The notes beneath the pieces are model-generated. The model saw only the letters and a list, made by a program, of their open reading frames with translations. It ran no database searches and was not told the DNA's origin. 55,482 nucleotides of DNA from assembly GCA_041592575.1 (NCBI GenBank), contig JBFHPX010000001.1, positions 1-55,482 on the forward strand, given 5' to 3'. The position numbers and the translations under genes are program-made. Below are positions 47,381 through 55,482 of the stretch, piece by piece. Positions within the stretch are counted from its first letter, which is position 1, and each line of letters opens with the position of its first letter. This DNA is from Alcanivoracaceae bacterium (lineage in GTDB: Bacteria; Pseudomonadota; Gammaproteobacteria; Pseudomonadales; Alcanivoracaceae).

Positions 47381-48460
47381 ATGCTGCAACGTTTTCACCT
47401 TCACCAGTTCCGTAACTATCGCGACCAGAGCTTCGTGCCAGACCCGGCCGTCACCGTTGTCACCGGCGAGAACGGCTCCGGCAAAACCAGCCTGCTTGAA
47501 GCTATCTACCTGCTAGGGGCGGGGCGCAGCTTTCGCACCTCTCGGCTGTCGAGTCTGGTCATGGCGGATAACAATGACTGCACTTTGTTTGCCGAGATCG
47601 AGTCCGATCAGGGGAGTCGACGTGTCGGGGTCAAGCGGGATAGGCAGTCTTTGCTGGATGCCAGACTGGATGGAGAGCGGGTTTCCGGGCTAAGCGATAT
47701 CGCCCGGCTGTTCCCGGTACAGGTGTTGCACCCTGGCACAGTGGAGCTGGTTGAGGGTGGATCGTCTGCCCGTCGTCGTTATCTGGACTGGGCCATGTTC
47801 CACGTGGAACAGGAATTTATCGAGGAGTGGCGTCGTCTGCGCGGTGCGGTGGATCAGCGTAATCGCCTGCTCAAGAAGCCCGCTCTGAAGCTACGTGAAC
47901 TGGTCGTTTGGGACCGGCAGGTTGCCGAGAGTTCTGCTAGAATCGACGCCTTGCGCCGACGCCATCTGCCGTTGTTGATACGGCTTTTCGAAGAGGAGCT
48001 GTCGGCCTTTTCTGCGGCAGTACCGGCGGTGGGGCTGGCCTTGCATTCGGGCTGGGCGGCCGGGGAAGACATCGCCGCCGTATTGGCAACTACGGTTGAG
48101 CAGGATGTTCGTCGGGGCTTTACCGGCAAGGGAGCACATCGGGCTGACCTGCTGCTTAGCAGCGAGGAAGGGTCGGTTCGCGAGGTATTCAGCCGGGGGC
48201 AGCAGAAGATCGTTGCCTATGCGCTGGTGATGGCACAGGTCCGGCTGATCCGGGAGCTGGCCGGTCGGGATTGCCTGATGTTGGTGGATGACCTGACCTC
48301 CGAGCTGGATCGGGATAACGCGGACCGGGTCATGAGTGCGGTAATAAGGGTCAGCCGGCAGGTGATTGTGACTTCACTGGACCCGGCATTGGCTCCGTTG
48401 GGCAAGGAAACGAATTACACGGTGTTCCACGTGGAACATGGTGCCCTGAAAAAGCTGTAG
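47381..48460 (+). CDS. recF: DNA replication/repair protein RecF
   Basis: Start reassigned to ATG 47381; FRNY, GENGSGKTS, RRRYLDW, SRGQQK, LVDDLTSELD. Confidence 0.95.
   Translation: MLQRFHLHQFRNYRDQSFVPDPAVTVVTGENGSGKTSLLEAIYLLGAGRSFRTSRLSSLVMADNNDCTLFAEIESDQGSRRVGVKRDRQSLLDARLDGERVSGLSDIARLFPVQVLHPGTVELVEGGSSARRRYLDWAMFHVEQEFIEEWRRLRGAVDQRNRLLKKPALKLRELVVWDRQVAESSARIDALRRRHLPLLIRLFEEELSAFSAAVPAVGLALHSGWAAGEDIAAVLATTVEQDVRRGFTGKGAHRADLLLSSEEGSVREVFSRGQQKIVAYALVMAQVRLIRELAGRDCLMLVDDLTSELDRDNADRVMSAVIRVSRQVIVTSLDPALAPLGKETNYTVFHVEHGALKKL
47796..47811. promoter_or_regulatory. parS: parS site within recF
   Basis: Perfect palindrome TGTTCCACGTGGAACA. Confidence 0.9.
48423..48438. promoter_or_regulatory. 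parS: Second parS site within the recF 3' end
   Basis: Perfect palindrome TGTTCCACGTGGAACA. Confidence 0.9.
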
Positions 48461-48503
48461 CAGGGATAAGGGACTCCGGACATCTGACACCGGAGCCATT
48501 TGA

Positions 48504-50930
<2,427 letters not shown>

Positions 50931-50943
50931 GCGCGCTCACGTT

Positions 50944-51423
50944 TCAGCCTTCTGCTGACTTCCTGAGTTCGGCGAGCCTTGCGATCAACTGCGTGGAGTC
51001 GTCCAGGCAGGCGGCCCGGATATCTAGACCCTGAGCGGCTTCGACCCACTTACGGCTGGAACTGAAAAGGTAAGTTGCCGAAGGGTCGACCGAGTAGCGC
51101 TGCATCATGTCGCGCAGCGAACTGACGCGATTGAGGTGCTGCATCAGGAGCGATCGCGGCACGTAGTACACGCCGTCGAGCGTGCCCCCGGCTTCGTTGA
51201 TACGGCTGCGAATGCTTTCCGGGCCGACCAGGGACGCGTCGCCACCACCTTTTAGCCAGCTTTCGCGCGAATTTCCGTGGTCCGGCATGGGTGCCGTGGC
51301 CAGCAAGTGAAAACCGTGTCGCGTCAGCCACGCCAGCAGTCGAAACAACTCTTTTTGCTGCGGACCCCCGCCGACCTCGAGGATGTCCTTGCGACTGACC
51401 AGCAGTAAGGCTTGTGTCGTCAT
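50944..51423 (-). CDS. HAD-fold GmhB-like protein lacking catalytic residues
   Basis: Colinear resemblance to GmhB (LTRHGFHLLAT, INEAGGTLDGVYYVP, RYSVDPSATYLF, VEAAQGL) and same position as gmhB downstream of glyS, but DxD, the Zn ligands, RKP and GDxxxD are absent. Confidence 0.6.
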   Translation of the reverse strand: MTTQALLLVSRKDILEVGGGPQQKELFRLLAWLTRHGFHLLATAPMPDHGNSRESWLKGGGDASLVGPESIRSRINEAGGTLDGVYYVPRSLLMQHLNRVSSLRDMMQRYSVDPSATYLFSSSRKWVEAAQGLDIRAACLDDSTQLIARLAELRKSAEG

Positions 51424-51425
51424 GC

Positions 51426-53543
51426 TCAGCCCAGTATGGAGAGATCGGCAATGCCGTCAAACAGTGACTTGAGACGATCCAGCAATGCCAGGCGGTTGCG
51501 GCGCAGCTCCGCGTCCTCATCCATCACCAGTACCGTGTCGAAGAAAGCATCGACCGGCTCCTTGAGCCCGGCGAGCGCTTCCAGGCTGGCCGCATAGTCA
51601 GAGCGTGCCAAGAGCGGCTCGACTTGCTTTGAAATGTCTCTAATTGCACCGAAAAGCAGCCTTTCTTCTTCTAAAATCAGAGAACGCTCCTGAACCTCGT
51701 CCGTGACGTCCTCGCCGGCCTTGCGCAGAATGTTGCCAATGCGCTTGTTGGCAGTCGCCAGGCTCGCAGCCTCGGGACGGCCCATAAAGGACTCCAGTGC
51801 CGCGAGGCGCGCCTCGAGATCGGGGAAATGCGTCCAGGGGGCGGCCAGCGCGGCATTGACCAGCTCGGTTCCGTAACCGCGCTCGCGGTAGTGGCCGCGG
51901 GCGCGCTGGAGCACAAACTCAGCCACCTCGGCGAGGATGGCCCGGTCGACTTCCAGCGAGGCGGGACTACCCTCGCCGGCCCATGCAAGCAGGTCTTCAA
52001 GATACAGCCCAAGATTCGCCTCTGACAGAATGCGCACCAGCCCCAGTGCCGCACGCCGAAGCGCAAACGGGTCCTTGTTGCCGCTTGGGGCGAGCCCCGC
52101 GGCGAAGCACACAACCAGCGTATCGGCGCGGTCCGCAAGACCGACAACCTGGCCGGCGGCCGTTGATGGAATAGCGTCGCCGGCAAATCGCGGCGAATAA
52201 TGCTCGCCGATCGCAGTGGCGACTTCCTCGGGCTCTCCGGAGACCCGTGCATAGTGCGCACCCATAACGCCCTGCAATTCCGGAAACTCGCCAACCATTT
52301 GCGTCACGAGGTCACACTTGCACAATTCCGCTGCGCGCTGGCAGGAGCCGGTCTCGATGCCCAAAAAATCAGCTATATGCTTCGAAATACTGATAACACG
52401 ACGACATTTGTCACCAATTGTCCCAATCTTCTGTTGAAAAACGATATCGTCGAGCGCCGGGGCGAACTCGATCAGCGGTCGTTTCTCGTCCTGCTCGAGG
52501 AAAAAACGCGCATCGGCCAGGCGCGGCCGGATAACGCGTTCATAGCCGGACCGGACCTGCGAGACGTCTTCGCTGTCGATATTGCTGATTCCAATGAAGC
52601 GGTTGGAAATGGGCTGCAATTCTCCTCCGGGATTTGTCGGCTCAACATCGTTGGCGCGCACGGGGAAGAACCGCTGGTGGTCCTGCATGCTCGCAACCAG
52701 CGCGGCGTGGGGCACTTTGAGGAAGTCCTGGTCGAAGCGGCAGGGCACCGCAACGGGCCATTCCACCAGGTTGTTGACTTCGTCGAGCAGGTCATCCTCG
52801 AGAATGACCAGCGGGTCGGTGACCGTCAGTGTTTCGACGATTCGGGCGCGGCGTTCCCCGGGGTCGGCAACGACGAAGGCGTCGAGCAGGGTCTGCTCGT
52901 AGTCGGAGGCCGATACCAGCGCGTGGGGGCCGGGCGCGTGGACGCGGTGTCCAAAGGTTTCCCGCCCGGCGCTCTTGCCGAGGATCGTGCCGGGCAACAC
53001 CCTGTCTCCATGCAGCACCACGACCCAGTGCACCGGGCGGACGAAACTGAAATCGTGGTCGGCCCAGCGCATTGGGCGGGGCACCGGAAGCTGGCGCAAG
53101 GCGTCGTCGACGATTTCGAACAGAAGTTCCGCCAGGGGTTTGCCGGGCACGTGCTGCTCACAATAGAGCCATTCACCTTTGTCGGTCGAAAGTCGCTCCA
53201 GCGACTCGACGTCGACACCGACCGAGCGCGCGAAGCCCTCTGCGGCCTGCGTAGGATTGCCGTCCGCGTCGTAGGCTGCCGACACCGCCGGTCCGCGCCG
53301 CTCAATGGTCTGGTCGGGTTGTGCAGCCGCCACCGATGCCAGTTGCAACGCCAGGCGGCGCGGGGTCGAGAAGCTCCGGCTGGCGGCGCGGTCAAATTCA
53401 ATGTTGGCCTTCTCGAGCTTGTCGGCCATGGCCGCGGCGAAGGCTTCACGCAAGGCGTCTACCGCGCGTGGCGGCAATTCCTCGCAACCGAGCTCGATCA
53501 ACAGGTCCGCCCGGGACGGTGGTTTGTGACGTTCAGCCGTCAC
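51426..53543 (-). CDS. glyS: Glycine-tRNA ligase beta subunit
   Basis: GTG 53543 with GGAG RBS; [58 protein letters not shown]. Confidence 0.96.
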   Translation of the reverse strand: MTAERHKPPSRADLLIELGCEELPPRAVDALREAFAAAMADKLEKANIEFDRAASRSFSTPRRLALQLASVAAAQPDQTIERRGPAVSAAYDADGNPTQAAEGFARSVGVDVESLERLSTDKGEWLYCEQHVPGKPLAELLFEIVDDALRQLPVPRPMRWADHDFSFVRPVHWVVVLHGDRVLPGTILGKSAGRETFGHRVHAPGPHALVSASDYEQTLLDAFVVADPGERRARIVETLTVTDPLVILEDDLLDEVNNLVEWPVAVPCRFDQDFLKVPHAALVASMQDHQRFFPVRANDVEPTNPGGELQPISNRFIGISNIDSEDVSQVRSGYERVIRPRLADARFFLEQDEKRPLIEFAPALDDIVFQQKIGTIGDKCRRVISISKHIADFLGIETGSCQRAAELCKCDLVTQMVGEFPELQGVMGAHYARVSGEPEEVATAIGEHYSPRFAGDAIPSTAAGQVVGLADRADTLVVCFAAGLAPSGNKDPFALRRAALGLVRILSEANLGLYLEDLLAWAGEGSPASLEVDRAILAEVAEFVLQRARGHYRERGYGTELVNAALAAPWTHFPDLEARLAALESFMGRPEAASLATANKRIGNILRKAGEDVTDEVQERSLILEEERLLFGAIRDISKQVEPLLARSDYAASLEALAGLKEPVDAFFDTVLVMDEDAELRRNRLALLDRLKSLFDGIADLSILG

Positions 53544-54444
53544 GGTGGTTCTCCAGGCCCGGAAAGCCCAGCGCTTCGCGGCTGGCAAGGTAAGCTTCGG
53601 CGACCTGCCGGGAAAGATCCCGCACGCGCAGGATGTAACGCTGCCGCTCGGTGACGGAAATGGCTTTGCGGGCGTCCAGCAGGTTGAAGGTGTGGGATGC
53701 CTTGAGCGTCTGATCGTAGGCCGGCAGCGGCAACCCGAGCGCGACAAGTTTGCGCGCCTCTCGCTCGCAGACGTCGAACCAGTTGAACAGAGCCGCGACA
53801 TCGGCGTGTTCGAAATTGTACGCAGACTGCTCGACTTCGTTCTGATGAAAGACCTCGCCGTAAGTCACGGTTCGCCCGCCGTTTTGCGTCCACACAAGGT
53901 CGAAGACGCTGTCGACCTCCTGGAGGTACATCGCCAGGCGCTCCATGCCGTAGGTGATCTCGCCCGTCACCGGCCTGCATTCCAGGCCGCCCGCCTGCTG
54001 GAAATAGGTGAACTGCGTAATTTCCATGCCGTTCAGCCACACCTCCCACCCCAGGCCCCATGCACCAAGGGTCGGAGATTCCCAGTTGTCTTCGACGAAG
54101 CGGATGTCGTGCACGGCCGGATCAATGCCCACGGCGACGAGCGATTCCAGGTAAACTTCCTGGATGTCTTCCGGAGATGGTTTCATTACCACCTGGAACT
54201 GGTAATAATGTTGCAGGCGATTGGGGTTATCGCCATAGCGCCCATCGGTCGGACGACGGCACGGCTGGACGTAAGCCGCATTCCAGGGCTCCGGTCCAAT
54301 CGAGCGGAGAAAGGTCGCGGGGTGGAAAGTCCCGGCGCCGACCTCGAGATCGAGAGGCTGGACAATCACGCAGCCGCGATCAGCCCAGTAATCCTCGAGC
54401 CGCCTGGCGAATTCCTGAAAGGTTAGGGAAGTTCCTTTGGTCAT
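53533..54444 (-). CDS. glyQ: Glycine-tRNA ligase alpha subunit
   Basis: ATG 54444; [56 protein letters not shown]. Confidence 0.97.
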   Translation of the reverse strand: MTKGTSLTFQEFARRLEDYWADRGCVIVQPLDLEVGAGTFHPATFLRSIGPEPWNAAYVQPCRRPTDGRYGDNPNRLQHYYQFQVVMKPSPEDIQEVYLESLVAVGIDPAVHDIRFVEDNWESPTLGAWGLGWEVWLNGMEITQFTYFQQAGGLECRPVTGEITYGMERLAMYLQEVDSVFDLVWTQNGGRTVTYGEVFHQNEVEQSAYNFEHADVAALFNWFDVCEREARKLVALGLPLPAYDQTLKASHTFNLLDARKAISVTERQRYILRVRDLSRQVAEAYLASREALGFPGLENHRDG

Positions 54445-54525
54445 TTCCTGTGGTTCGGCTCGAAGACGGACGGCGCAAAAAGCGGAATAGTAAAGGCAAT
54501 TCTGACAGAAGGAAAACATGCACGC

Positions 54526-55371
54526 ATGAGCAAACGCCCCGGCAAACCCGTTCTCCTGATCAAGACGGGAGGAACCATTCCCGAGACGCGCGTGGAATTC
54601 GGCGATTTCGAGGAGTGGTTTGCGCGCGGACTGGGCGTGCCGGGTCTGGAGCCGGCCAATGTGTTCGAGGGGGTATCGCCGCCCGATGACCCAGCCGCTT
54701 ACAGCGGCGTGATCGTGACCGGCTCCGCCTCGATGGTTTCCCACCGCGCGGACTGGAGCGAACGCACTGCCAAATGGCTCGCCAGCGCGGTGCATGCCGG
54801 TATGCCGGTGCTCGGGGTGTGCTTCGGGCACCAATTGCTGGCGCATGCGCTGGGCGGTCTCGTGGGCCCCAACCCGCGCGGCCGACAAATTGGCACGCAG
54901 GTCATCGAAATCACGCCTGCCGCGGCAAGTGATCCGCTGATGTGCCGGATGCCGGCCTCGGTAACCGTCCAGACCACGCATGTCGAGAGCGTTCACGAGT
55001 TGCCTACAGGCGCGGTGCGGCTGGCTACGTCTCCGCGGGACCCCAACCACGCTTTCCGATTCGGGCAGAGGGCCTGGGGCGTCCAGTTCCACCCGGAATT
55101 CGGCGCTGACGTGATGCGCGGTTACATTCGTGCCCGGGCCCAGATCATCCGCGAAGAGGGATTTGACCCGGAGTCGCTGGCGGCAGGTGTTGTCGAGACG
55201 CCCGTCGCGCACAGCCTGCTGGGCCGGTTTGCAGCACTGGTGGCGGGTGGCGGGGACGCAGACATCGGCCCGCACAGCAGCAGACCGGAAGAATCGCATG
55301 AGCAAGGCCGGGAAAAGTCGGTCACGCAGATTATTGAACTCAGGGAAGCGGCGCTCCCGGCAGCCGGCTAG
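54526..55371 (+). CDS. Class I glutamine amidotransferase-like protein
   Basis: IKTG, GDFEEW, IVTGS, nucleophile elbow [19 protein letters not shown] (Cys-His-Glu triad). Confidence 0.9.
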   Translation: MSKRPGKPVLLIKTGGTIPETRVEFGDFEEWFARGLGVPGLEPANVFEGVSPPDDPAAYSGVIVTGSASMVSHRADWSERTAKWLASAVHAGMPVLGVCFGHQLLAHALGGLVGPNPRGRQIGTQVIEITPAAASDPLMCRMPASVTVQTTHVESVHELPTGAVRLATSPRDPNHAFRFGQRAWGVQFHPEFGADVMRGYIRARAQIIREEGFDPESLAAGVVETPVAHSLLGRFAALVAGGGDADIGPHSSRPEESHEQGREKSVTQIIELREAALPAAG

Positions 55372-55482
55372 GCGCTTCCCCCGTCGCGATGACGGTACCA
55401 GCCGATGATCGCGAGCGCGGTGCACAGGCCAAAGATCATCAGCTGGTGTTCGACGGCGAGCTCCGGCACCACCAGGAAAAGA
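55368..55482 (-). CDS. C-terminal fragment of a small membrane protein (5' part outside window)
   Basis: Open minus frame ...[37 protein letters not shown]; hydrophobic; stop overlaps the GATase stop. Confidence 0.45.
   Translation of the reverse strand, partial: LFLVVPELAVEHQLMIFGLCTALAIIGWYRHRDGGSA

Overview
This window spans the replication origin of a GC-rich gammaproteobacterium whose gene content points to Alcanivoracaceae (hydrocarbon degraders). The conserved backbone is parA(partial)-rsmG-mnmG at the left end and mnmE-yidC-rnpA-rpmH-oriC-dnaA-dnaN-recF-gyrB-glyS-glyQ at the right end. A ~37.6 kb block separates mnmG from mnmE. It holds two toxin-antitoxin modules, lipid metabolism and storage genes (acyl-CoA dehydrogenase, AlkK-type ligase, an SDR, two WS/DGATs), a 7TMR-DISM hybrid kinase, an RND/NfeD/SPFH operon, a DUF6502-DUF5666 pair and an AupA/AupB-like uptake operon extended by TatT-like and TRAP solute-binding genes. 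The main leads are: (1) the DUF6502-DUF5666 pair looks like an uncharacterised autoregulated, leaderless regulator plus lipoprotein module with a visible palindromic operator; (2) a possible four-component trans-envelope conduit for hydrophobic substrates (AupA-AupB-TatT-TatP like); (3) a near-perfect NrdR box in the mnmG-rsmG-parA leader; (4) an apparent lineage switch inside gyrB at ~49.9 kb, either a chimeric assembly or recombination; (5) a catalytically dead GmhB-like protein downstream of glyS. All family calls come from motif recognition by eye; no searches were run.
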